From NCBI RefSeq assembly GCF_037042905.1, contig NC_087245.1:20958001-21018000 (forward strand): a DNA stretch of 60,000 nucleotides. The letters run 5' to 3'. The translations under genes were made by a program, and so were the position numbers. The stretch comes from Lytechinus pictus (taxonomy: Eukaryota). The notes under the pieces were generated by a model, which was given only the letters and a program-made list of their open reading frames with translations, searched no databases and was not told the origin of the DNA. How positions within the stretch are numbered: the stretch's first letter is position 1; every line of letters starts with the position of its first letter. This document shows, piece by piece, positions 1 to 11,167 of the stretch.

Positions 1-200
1 TGGAAAAAGTGGTATCTGCACACGTTGTCTTCAACACCAATTAATTCAGTCATGGCTGGCACAGATGGTACGAATTGGGTATCAATAGAAAGCTTATGAG
101 TTCCTCTTTCATACCCGTGCAGAATAATTTCACAAAATTAAATATAATCCGAATACCGGCCCTCTAGATTTGGATTACCTTTTTTCTGAAATGCACTGTA
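1..200. mobile_element. Right end of a Tc1/mariner-like non-autonomous element, truncated by the window edge
   Basis: Ends ...ttacctttttttctgaaatgCACTG followed by TA (194-200), matching the CAGTG terminus plus TA target of Tc1/mariner. The partner TIR is not visible. Confidence 0.45.
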
Positions 201-1204
201 TAATTATTTTCCTAGTTTAAAGTTAAAAGAATATTAGGTTCAATAGGCTAAAATTATTTGTTTAATACCTATTTGAAAAACATGTGGCAAATATAATGTA
301 TTATCTCTTGTCAGGCTCATTATAGGCTAGTTCTTTTTCTGTTTTCTGTTTTCTGTTTTCCACCTTTTTACTTTGTATCTCATCCTATAGATTTATTTTT
401 ATCTTTGTTTTTATTTAACTATCAATATACCTCTCAAACTCATCTTTTTATTTCTTTCTCTTTCTAGCTAGCAGACGCACACATACATTCCAAAACATTC
501 ACAATTATGATGACCCAGAATTTTTAAACCTGTTTGAAATTTCAGAACCAGATATATTTTCATCGCTCTTGAGCAGTTTTCTGTTTAAAAGCGATTGTCA
601 CAAACGAGTCTCGAGGGAAGTATCTAATTCTGTAACAGGATGAGAAATGAAGCAATTACCAGGTCCTTTGTGTCAACTTAAGACAATGTCTGACGTGTGC
701 CTGCAACAAAATTATATCATTCCCCACCAGGCCCTTATGGCCAGCCCCTTCAGGGTCCTTCAAATTGAAGGGCAAAGTCCCAAATTCACTTGACCTTTTG
801 ATCACTCCAGAAAACGAGAGACACACAAAATAAGCCCAAAACGGAGAGAGAATCTTGGTTGGTCTCTCCGTTAATCAAGTCCAATTAATCATTCTTTTCA
901 TTATTCATTGACGAAGAGTAGATAATCAAGACATGTATAGTTAATCATAATAGTTTTTAGTCATTAAATATTCAATCATTCTTGGTTGTGTGTTTTAATA
1001 TCTTAAAATGTCATTTCTCTATGATGTAATATTCATGCTTAGAAAGATGGTGTGTGAATACAAATCTTCCAGACGGCTCCTCATTTTTAATGTAAGGATC
1101 TAGTATAAAATGTCATTTCCGATTGCATGGATAGTGTAATAGCGGGTCAATAGACATAGTAACTAAAAGATGTTTAATAATAAAAATTAGAAAGTCAAAA
1201 AGGG

Positions 1205-1243
1205 GCCTAAGCTTTCGATCCTAGCAGAATCTTCGTTGGAGGC
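1205..1243 (-). ncRNA. Degenerate minimal type I hammerhead ribozyme, Penelope-like element terminal repeat relic
   Basis: Minus strand reads GCCT-CCAACGA-A-GATTCT-GCT-AGGATC-GAAAGCTTA-GGC: stem I, core box with 2 mismatches to CTGANGA, 6-bp stem II, GAAA and palindromic AAGCTT stem III. Confidence 0.6.
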
Positions 1244-2852
1244 AAAATAATAAAAATGTTAATCATTTGCCTCTTAATTATACTGAATTATTTATGTAAC
1301 TTGTAAATGTGATATCTAGATGTAGCGTCTAATGTGCTATTGTCTCCATATTCACCCATTGTATTACTAAATTGGTATCAATTTTACTCTTGCATTCAGC
1401 CTTAAAAAAACTAAATCACATGACATATAGGAGGAAGGGGGCTGCTTGCATTTGATGGCACAAAACAAAAAATTAAAAAATAAGAATCCAATAAACTGTT
1501 TTTCTTCCATGATTTGTTTGCCAAATCTTAATTAAGATTTTCCCAATTTGTCTTTGTTATTAAAACCTGTTTGATATTAGGGTGAAGCTTACTATTGTAA
1601 AATACATTTTTTTCGAAGTGAATAAAAAAACCCCAATAGTAACAGATCTAAACCACAAATGACACTTTGAATTGTAGACTCAGAGATTGTGAGATTATGT
1701 TACACATTCTCATACCCTTAAAACATGCATGGAAGTACACCTGTAAGATGTGACCTCCTCCATCAATACAGGCATTATGTCCAGAGTGTAAAATTTCACT
1801 CCCTGGGTTCTGTTGCAGAAAGTAATCACAAAATCTTGCTTCAAGATTTTTTTACAAACTCACAAGAAGAATTCAAATAAACCATGTTTTTTTTGTTAAG
1901 GAAGTTGAAACTTTTTGGGGCAGAAAGTGTAATAAAGGAAGCATAGAGCTGAATTTGTTCTTGATATACTACGAAGTGTTTTTTTTTGGTCAAAATAGTC
2001 AATGAATAATTTGTTGATATGTGTATGCAAACACATTGGTCAAATCATTCAAAATATTTTAGTTCATTATGATTTTTTGCAGATTGTCATGACTATAATA
2101 TCACTAAATCTTCATCAATATTCTTTTTGTCAGCCACATACAGATAAAAGGGTAATAGTTATTTTGACCAATCCTTTGTGGGATTGTTAAGGCAGGTGTT
2201 TGCTTGAGATGTGTTTCATGCATGAGATTGATGGATGCACAACCCATTACGCTATGATTTCTGGTAAATACCACAGGCCAATTATCAGTTCTTATGATTC
2301 AAAGTGAAAGATTAACACATGGAATAGCATTTGGCAAGTTTACAAAGACATATCTAATGCCTTAAATGCTGCAGATGTAATTCCTTGGTATATTTTTTGC
2401 TATGTTTTATCTATATACTTTTATTGATTTTGTCAGAAACAATGGATTAAGACTTGGCAGCTGTGAATGGTAACCAGTTGAATTTTAATAACTTTAGAGT
2501 TTGAAGATTAATCTTAAGGATTTAAATCTGAATCCAGAGTTCAAACTCGTCACTATCCACCACTGACCTGGATTTATAGTAAGTCCCTGTAATTCTTAGC
2601 GCTCTTAACATCCGTAAACACTTTAATAATAATGAAAACTCACTCTTTGACTAGCTACTTCTATATTCAAGGCACATTGGTTTTCAGAAATCTCCCCGTT
2701 TTTCAGAACAAAATGGATTAACAAGATTTAATTCTACAGGCGTTGCTAACTGCAGATGATTGCAAATTGGCAATGGCAAGAAACAAAAGAAAGGAGAATC
2801 AGAGTGTGTTTCTCGACACATCAACTTCTTGGGTTGCGATGCAAATGTGTCA

Positions 2853-2866
2853 GTTGCCATGGTAAC
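2853..2866. promoter_or_regulatory. RFX X-box motif
   Basis: GTTGCCATGGTAAC is a full match to the X-box consensus GTNRCC(N0-3)RGYAAC, in non-repetitive sequence. Function is untested. Confidence 0.45.
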
Positions 2867-3176
2867 TATTTTGCTAATGTCATTAATGCAGTCTGCACCT
2901 ACAACAGCTTGGTTTCCCAAAGCGGATTGGAAAGAGAAAGAGGCAGCTGGTTTTTTGCGTGAGTGGGAGTGATGGCCGTTGGATGAGAGCAAACAGATAA
3001 TCTGACGAATGAATTGCAATGACACATGCTTTGGTTTTTGATAGAAGAGGGGAATAATACTTAGCATTAAGAACAATTTAGTTGGATGCTAATTAGAGTT
3101 AAGGTTAATGTTGGATGGGTAGTAAGGAAGGAAGGATATATAACATAGACCTGAGTAAACATGAACAAATGTTGAA

Positions 3177-3395
3177 ATATTATATATATTTGTGGTGATT
3201 TTTTACCTGATTGCTAAGAAAGCATGAATGCTTGTAAGCAAGCAACCAGAGGACCGACGGCTTAATGTCCTCTCCGAAGGACCTGGTACTGAGGATTAAT
3301 GCCTTACCAAAGGGCACTAGCGCACCAAGTGGGAATTGAACCCGGGTCATCAGAATACGAATCCCCCGCTCTACCAACTGAGCTATCGCGCCTCC
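3177..3395 (-). mobile_element. tRNA-derived SINE
   Basis: Minus strand has Pol III A box TAGCTCAGTTGGTAGAGC and B box GGTTCAATTCCC, then a non-tRNA body (gtgccctttggtaaggcattaatcc...ggacattaagccgtcggtcc) and an AT-rich tail. It sits in (TA)n-like sequence. Confidence 0.85.
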
Positions 3396-4471
3396 TTTAT
3401 ATATATATAAATATGAACACTGCTTTACTAGTTTAAAAAATAAATCGCACACTTAAACATTCATTTGTTTTATTTATTTAACCATTATTATGTTGATACG
3501 ACTGTTTGGATGACCGTCGACGATATGTATATAAATCCAATCATACTGATTAATATGATATATATATACACTGCTTGCTTAATATCCAATATCTAATTGC
3601 ATATATTAAATATTATTTTAACAATTCCGCCAATAATATAATAATAGAACTACTTTGAAATAGTAATGTAAAGTAAAGGTACAAATACAATTTTTGAAAT
3701 AATTACATGTATAAATGAATTATAACAGAGACACTAGGTAAATGGTTTTGTTATGAACTTCAAAATACCGTAATTATATGCTTTCACAGTAAATACCAAT
3801 ATTACATATTTCACTCAGTAGATTTCATATGACACAGGAGAATGAAAATGAATTGATATTATTTAGGCTTTAAAAGCACCATAGAAACAAACCAAGGTAC
3901 TCTCTCACTTTGGTAAATTGAAGTGAAGAATATTATGTTGCTAAGCAACTCATGCTGAATGCAAGGATGATGAAAGCTACTAAATTGGCTTATAAAAATG
4001 CCTCCTGTCGGCCGCTAATGGAGTGAGAAAAAGGATACCCAGTGATATACTAAATAAGTTCACATGTTCAATAATAAGAAAAACACTTCATATCATTTTA
4101 CTAAAGCTTTTGAAAAATAAACTGATTTGTTTCTTATATTTGCCATCATTTGATTCTGAAAATTAATCAAGTTGGATAAAGAAATTACCTAAAGCTAATA
4201 GAAATTCTGAAAATCCGTTTAGAGCTTTAGACCTTTCCAATCCAATCCAATAGTCATTTGATATAGAGCCTTTTCCTTTCGGGTACAAAGCGCTGCATAC
4301 ACATTAATCCAATGAATTTATGCTATATTTGTATTGAAGTGTTAGAATATGCATTGGATTATACAGATAAAGTATACTTTATCATGGATTTTTAAAATAA
4401 CATTTCACTTGATAAATGTGAATTGATAAAGCCTGTTTATAGCTTTGCAAAAAGGGTCAATATTGTGAATC

Positions 4472-4519
4472 TTATGTAATTATCATCTAAACTGTCAATT
4501 CATACAAAGATGCAGTGGA
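4472..4519 (+). repeat. 48-bp exact direct repeat, copy 1 (copy 2 at 6075-6122)
   Basis: ttatgtaattatcatctaaactgtcaattcatacaaagatgcagtgga occurs identically on both sides of the GC-rich insert. Confidence 0.95.
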
Positions 4520-5454
4520 AGGGGGCAGGCGCGGCGCCAGGGGCCCGAATTGCCCCTTGTCTATTGGCATATCCTGAGGATGGGAAACTACCCCGCCGAA
4601 ACGACCGGTCGTATGGCCGAAAGGGCTGGTTACCCCCAAAAGACGAAAACGCTGCTCGACCGGGCGTCGAAGCTACTGTCAGCCATAGCTCGGTGTCTAT
4701 GACAGCCCAGGAACGATGTGGATGACAGGCCTGACGTAACCGAAATTGAATGTCATAGGCCCGCCAATTGAAACCCCCAAAACGCACAATAGAGCGAACG
4801 ATATCCATATACTTGAGGAGCTCGCGCGCACGCATACAGTGTCGCTCCAAGTATGTAGACGCGTAAATAAGGAACGCAGATGTCCACTGTTCTATGCTGG
4901 CGATCACCGGAGCCTTGCTTTGGGGGCAAAGCATTAAAGCGGACCCGGTGGCACAAAGGCTGAAGGCCTGCAACTGGGAACTTTCCTCACTTAAGCTTTC
5001 CCTTTTTAGTAATCCACCTAACTCTACAAATTCACCTTTCCAAATCTTCTCCTTAACACTGGAAGGCACCTTCCCGCCCAAATCATCACACACGCAGCTA
5101 AGCATACCTGGCTGCGTAGGAAAAGGAGGGTTGGGGGCTGGTGTAAAATTATCATGACTATTAAATTATCATATCTACAGGGGCAGGAGGGATAGAAGGG
5201 GGAGCTTGAGATTGAATTTGGGGAATGACCGGATCTTGTGGAGAAGTCACAAGAGGCCAGGAGCCCCCCATTGTCCCGAACTCACCGTTGGTTGTCGACG
5301 CCGAACTTCCAGCAGCTGGGCTCTGCATAGAACTAAAAACTTGGCCGACGTCTGTCTCGAGGTCGACAGGAGAAGGCTGGCTGGCGGCATCTCGGACCGA
5401 ACGACGAGTAGACTTCCTCTGACTTAACTTTTTGCCTGGCTTAACCTTGGGCAT
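4520..5454 (-). pseudogene. gag-like ORF1 of DIRS/Ngaro retrotransposon, frameshifted and truncated
   Basis: ATG at 5454 (MPKVKPGKK...), frameshift near 5165, then VKEKIWKGEFVELGGLL...IEQWTSAFLIYAS...LLKYMDIVR...GGFNWRAYDIQFR...IDTELW, a motif pattern typical of DIRS/Ngaro gag. It runs into host DNA at 4519. Confidence 0.75.
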
Positions 5455-6074
5455 GATTGGATAATGCAGGGGTGGCGAAATTGAAAAGTCCTTAGAGCAA
5501 ACTGTGACTCCTAACAGCTCAAAAGTCCAACAAACGGATATAAACACAAATATACACGTATGTTCCCAGAAAAAAGAAATTCTCAACTGCGAAGCGTTCT
5601 TTAAGATATATGAATGGGTTAGAATGACAATTAGAAGGATCAAACTAAAGACTTCAACGAACGGATAACAAAAATACAGGAAGTATGTTGCACAAGACAG
5701 GTGAATTGAGATGAAAGATGCTTTCCAATCGACTCCACGAAGAAGAATGCTAACTTGTTAGAAATTGGCTTTTGCCCCCTCCCGAAATTACCACGTCAGC
5801 TAAAGCGACGTAGCATTTTTAGCCACGCCTCCTTGTAATGTCCGAAAAATACCAAAATTCGCAACGCAACATTTTTTGGCCATGCCTCCTCGTGAAGTCC
5901 GACAAAATACCATATTTGGCATCGCAACATATCTCCGCCAGGGCAAAGGAATTCGCCTGACCAGGCCCCTTCCTTGTAAAACACCTGTTACGTACCGCTG
6001 GCGGGATATGTTGTTGTCCAGCTAGTCTGACCTGAGATAACCTCTCATTAACTCGCTTCGCGCGTTAAGAGGTA
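4520..6074 (-). mobile_element. 5' fragment of a tyrosine-recombinase retrotransposon (DIRS/Ngaro-like), 3' truncated
   Basis: Abrupt GC/CpG-rich island with a gag-like ORF, ~58-bp internal tandem repeats (~5812-5930) and a terminal hairpin (6040-6073). No RT, RNase H or recombinase region is present. Confidence 0.75.
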
Positions 6075-6122
6075 TTATGTAATTATCATCTAAACTGTCA
6101 ATTCATACAAAGATGCAGTGGA
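6075..6122 (+). repeat. 48-bp exact direct repeat, copy 2
   Basis: Identical to 4472-4519. Confidence 0.95.
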
Positions 6123-7471
6123 CACTGATTTATTTCAATCATCAAAATTTGTATCTAGTGCCCTGTGTTGATGAGGTTTTAGTTTTCATTTGAAAATGGC
6201 CCTTTGTTTGAAAATGGCCCTTTGATTACCTACCTTACAAATTAAGTAATTTAATATTAGAAATCATCAGATAAAGATTAACTAATTTCATGCATGAGAA
6301 GTGGTTTGCCATAAAAACCCTCAGATGCAGATATTTTATTTACATCGGACGTACTCCTGGTCAAAATTGATTGTGTAAAATCACTAAATTCATCTAAGAC
6401 ACGACACATTTTATTTTATATGAGAGCATACAACATGTTCATATAATCTAAAGCATTGGAAGAGTAACATGCACTGTTGGGGATTTACCAAACATATAGA
6501 TCAGCTTTAATACTCATTTTAATTTCTTTTCTGAACACCAATCCTTGGAATAAATTCCATGAAACACCAATGGATCTTGAATTTGGATCAATTTTCTGTC
6601 TAGTTCTTTGCTGCAAATATTTGAGGAACTGATTTCCCTGGGGTATCGATGCTTTGTTCACCCCTCCCTTTCATTTTCATTGGTAATCATATTTCCATAT
6701 GACATGCTGAATGATGCTGATATTTCCATTCCTGATTGTCCTTCAATATTTTTATCTTTGATATATATATATGATAATACAAACAATGCCAAACTTGGCT
6801 GTTTTTATAAAAATTAAGGACGAGGACCATGAAAAACAAGCTTAAAGCTGTCTTCCTTTCTTCAGGTGCAAAGAAGTTGTTTTTTTAGAGGAAGAAAGAA
6901 GATAGTTTCACCAAGAGTCATCGCTGAAGTTTTCTGGGGCTGGTTTCATGAGGAACTTATGATCATGTTAACCTGGCCTTTCTGGTAATTACTACGATAG
7001 AAATCTTGATTTTGATTGGCTGCTGTAAACTTTATAATAGTACTAACTAGTACTTAAATATCTTTGAGAAATGATTCCCTGATCTTTGATTGATGAGAAA
7101 TTTGGGGCTAAAATCTTCTATATATGAAGGGGATACAGATTTGTTTCCTTTTGACACCCCCTCCCAAATTGAGGCTGTTATGAAAAGAAGATGGAGTATT
7201 TATAGATCTGTAGATCAACTAAAAAATGTGTTGTGATTCCATTCAGGTAATAACAGAGCAGGAAGAAGTAGACTGTGTACACTTTTCTCATTCAGTTATT
7301 CAGTTTGTTTTGAAGGATGGTTGCAAATTATTTTCATTATCATCTATTAAGCTCTCCCCCTTTTCTCTCTTACTATTACTTGAAAAAGAAGTATGATATG
7401 GCTTCAGGAGCCCAGCCTTTGAAAGGGCGTTTAGCTGTACTGACTCCCCCTATTCTCATTCACCCACTATA

Positions 7472-7947
7472 TGTGACCTGCCACCCCAAAACCAACAACA
7501 AGTCAACCAAAATGAACATTTTGGTTTTTAGTGAGCTTGAAAATTCATTTCCTAAGCTTTAAAATGATATATAATGTGTTAAAATTTACCAACAATAACC
7601 ATTACAAGTACTTGATTGAATGCAGAGAAAATTCAGCAAGAGCTTTAAAAAATTAGGAAAAAACATGGTTTGAATTTTTAATTTGGGGGTTCACTCAAGC
7701 ATGAGATGTGCATACTGTGTAATATCAGTGAAACTTCCAAGCAGTCCGAAAAATTAGTGTCCAATAAACTCTTGTATCTTTTCTTTTATTTAACTTCATG
7801 ACTTCAGATTTTCACAGTTTGAAGAAAAAGAATTGCTCTTTTAGATAAGTTAATTTTGTTTGGTTTTTTAGACTAAATTACTATTCTGGCTATTTACAGA
7901 GAACCTTACCTGGCGACTTATTGGTGGTTTTGGGGTAGAAGGTCACA
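7472..7947. mobile_element. ~475-bp MITE with TGTGACC termini, copy 1
   Basis: TIR tgtgacctgccaccccaaaacc / ggttttggggtagaaggtcaca. A homologous inverted copy lies at 10313-10786. Confidence 0.85.
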
Positions 7948-9379
7948 TATTTATTTCGTTATTTGTCCCTGTACTTTACTAGAAGTATACATGTATATTC
8001 TTCACTTAATCTTGATTGCATTTTTAAAAATTAACAATTGGAAATGAATATTTTTAAGACAGTGACCCAATAATTGTATTACAGATGCAAACATTCAAAT
8101 ATTACTGTTATGAAATATGCATTTCACCTATGATGACACTACAAATAGTTAGACATCCCTGTGCAAAACATTCATAACATGCGACTGATGAAATTATGGG
8201 CAATAATTTATGTATTATCTGACAGCAAATTTCCATTAGGTTCAATTGTAGTAACAGGTGAGCATGATGATGATTATGTTGTTCCTGCTTTGGACATGAA
8301 TGAAAATATATTGTGGCAAATGATTTCATTAATCATTTATTTCAATAACGGGTGATTTCATGTATGGAATCCTGTAGAAGCCATTTACTATCCAACATGT
8401 CCGAGAGATTTGATATCGAGTAATGAGATTGAGGTCTTTCAGCTAATGACATTCACTGTCATGTTGAGAAAGATTTAACATGCTCAACATCAGAAGCGGC
8501 GATTTTATGTTATGAGGTGGGGAGGGAAAGAGCACTGCCAAAGATCACTGCCCTAGATCTGTTTTGATAGGACAAAGCAAAATGATTTATGTTATATTGT
8601 ATGTGAGGAAGTAAAGTTTAGTGAAAGAATTAGAGAAAGGCCTAAGTGATTGATCTAAATTTAGCATTTTTAACTTCAAAATGAATTATATCAAACTTAA
8701 TTAGAGGAGGTATGAACCAACAGAAATGAATCATTGGGTGAACATGCCCCTATCTTCAGAATTGCCACCTGTTCTTGTCTCTCTTTGTAACTAGATAAAT
8801 AGAGCCAAGAGGTGTCATGGTGAAACATTCACATGAACCATTAAAGTTTTTAAATCAATCTTTTTTATCACAGTGGTTTCTCTGTAAATATCTAATTTTT
8901 GTTATTTTTAAAAATGAGATTGATTTAGTTTTTATATCAAAGTGTGAAATTCTTTTTTTTTCAGCCTCCAAAAGTGAATGATAGTCAGAAATGACCTGTG
9001 TACAATTGCAATGTTGCACATTTATTTCTCTTTACTGAACATGGAAAAATAGTGCATGCATACTTCTACCCCTGCACGTCTTCTGCTGTACCTAGTATTG
9101 CATGCCTATACTCTAAAGATAAATGTTGATACAAGAATCTCCCTGCAGAAAATCTTAAGATCAGAAGAAATGACCAAGGATAAGGCAAAGAAGGTTGTTG
9201 TCATGGTAATAAACAAAGTGATGCAGGGGATATTGTTTAATGATGAGTGATGCTGCGGTGGTGATAGGAGTAACATATTGTACGGACAGAGGTTTTCTAT
9301 TTTAAGGATTATTCAGGATTGGTCAGCAACGGCGAATCTGCTGATAAGATCAGGCTAAGACATATTACAAGGAAAGGAA

Positions 9380-9760
9380 AAGGACCCGAATATGGAGGAC
9401 AACTTGGAGATGGAGAATGGAAGAGAGGGTGAAGAAAGATGATAAAGAATGGAGATTGAGAAGGAAAAAATGAGACAGACAGAGATGATGGGAGAGAGTG
9501 AGAAAGAATGAAAAAGATGGAAATTTAGTGATTTAGATTATAAAAGAAAAAGAGGAGAAGAAAAATTATGAGTGAATGATGGAGGAGACAAGAATGGAGA
9601 AATAAATGATTAGCATGGTGATTAGAAATAGAGGGGGTGAGTGAGAAAGGAATAGGGAGTTGTGATACTGTATGGGTGAAAATAAGACATATAGCAGATT
9701 GGCAAAGAAACAAAAACATTTTGAGAGGGATTTTGGTTGGATAAAAGAAAAAAGGAATGT
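9380..9760. repeat. Purine-rich (GA) low-complexity tract
   Basis: Strong A/G bias on the + strand; it explains the F/L/S-rich minus-strand ORFs. Confidence 0.7.
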
Positions 9761-10312
9761 TATTAGCATTTAGCATGGAATAAAATAATTTACAGGAATT
9801 AATAAAGGATGAAACTCAAGATGATATAAAGACAACCTTTGCTCAAATTTATACACTCTTAAAAATACTGTTTCTGTGTTTTTTATTTGAGCCTATGTTC
9901 ATATCTTAGTAAGATTTTTGTCAGATAAAAAAAACATATTAAGATTCCAGTGTCATCAGGTATTTTTCAAGGGAGAGATGGCAATATGCTGACCTTAAAA
10001 CGGTTCCCGTTTTAATACAGTGATTGACATTTAGTGAATTTCTATATGTATTTTGACTGTAGGTTTCAATCAGTGCTGATATGGTAACATTGTATCATGC
10101 ATTAAGGGTTGCTGTCTAGAGGAGCAGCTCAATTATGCTACAAGTGAAATATGCATAGTGCCCTCTGTTGGTGAAGTAAAGCCAGTTCCTAACTTTTTAA
10201 GCTGCAGTGGAATGACTGGCTTCAGAATGTGATGGAGATACTGCATAAGAAATGTCTGTATACATTGTCATGAGAATATCGAAGGACATGTCATGGAACT
10301 AAGAACAAAATA

Positions 10313-10786
10313 TGTGACCTACCACCCCAAAACCACCAATAAGTCGCCAAGTAAGGTTTTATGTCAATAGCCAAAATAGTAATTTAGTCTCCAAAAACCA
10401 AAAATTAAAAAATAGCTTATCTGAAAGAGCAATTCTTCTTCATACTGTAAAAAATATGAAGTTTTGAAGTTGAATAAAAGAAAAGATACGAGAGTTTCTT
10501 GGACACTACTTTTTTCGGACTGCTTGGAAGTTTCACTGAGAATACACAGGATGCACATCTCATGCTTGAGTGAACCCCAAAACTTCAGACCTTGTTTTCT
10601 CCTTATTTTTTAAGCTCAATGCTGAATTTCCTCTGCATTCAATCTAGTACGTGTAATGGTTATTTTTGATTGATTGTAACATAGTATATATCATTTAAAA
10701 GCTTAAGAAATGAATTTTGAAGCTCAATAAATATCTCAATATTAATTCGGGTCAACTTATTGTTGATTTTGGGCTGGCAGGTCACA
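10313..10786. mobile_element. ~475-bp MITE with TGTGACC termini, copy 2, inverted
   Basis: Reverse-complement homologue of 7472-7947 along its length (e.g. catctcatgcttgagtgaacccc vs ggggttcactcaagcatgagatg). Confidence 0.85.
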
Positions 10787-11139
10787 TTTCATCTTACAAT
10801 GAATTAACATCAATTTATTATTCACCTTTATTTACCCTGAATGTATTCATGAAGTAAAGATAATGTGTTTTGGCTGGTATTCTTTACATTTTCCCTAGTT
10901 GTTGATATTTTTCTTAGCTTTGTTATTTATCAATTACAAATCTTATCTAATCCCATCAAGCAAAAAAAGGAATATAATAATTGTCTATATATTTGTCAAA
11001 CAATGTCTGTTTCCCTTAAATCAGAGTGTCATCGTAAACAGTTTCCCCTTGTGAAATATAAATGTTTCTCATTTTTATACTGTCATTAAATTCATTCTCT
11101 TTATTTCTGTCTTTATTCCATATTTGCTTCGCCTGGTTG

Positions 11140-11167
11140 ATGTTACTACTTCTTATTTCAGGTAAGT
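11140..11167 (+). other. Candidate recursive splice site (zero-length exon)
   Basis: Pyrimidine-rich run ...tactacttcttatttCAG is immediately followed by the consensus donor GTAAGT (11162-11167). Confidence 0.4.

Noticed and set aside
2740..2958. Possible 219-nt coding exon between ctacAG and GTGAGT
   Set aside because: All three + frames contain a stop within the interval; at most a non-coding exon.
3320..3395. Functional tRNA gene
   Set aside because: It continues into a SINE body and tail and the cloverleaf pairing is poor; classed as a SINE head.
6189..6224. 18-bp tandem duplication tttgaaaatggccctttg
   Set aside because: Ordinary slippage duplication with no further structure.
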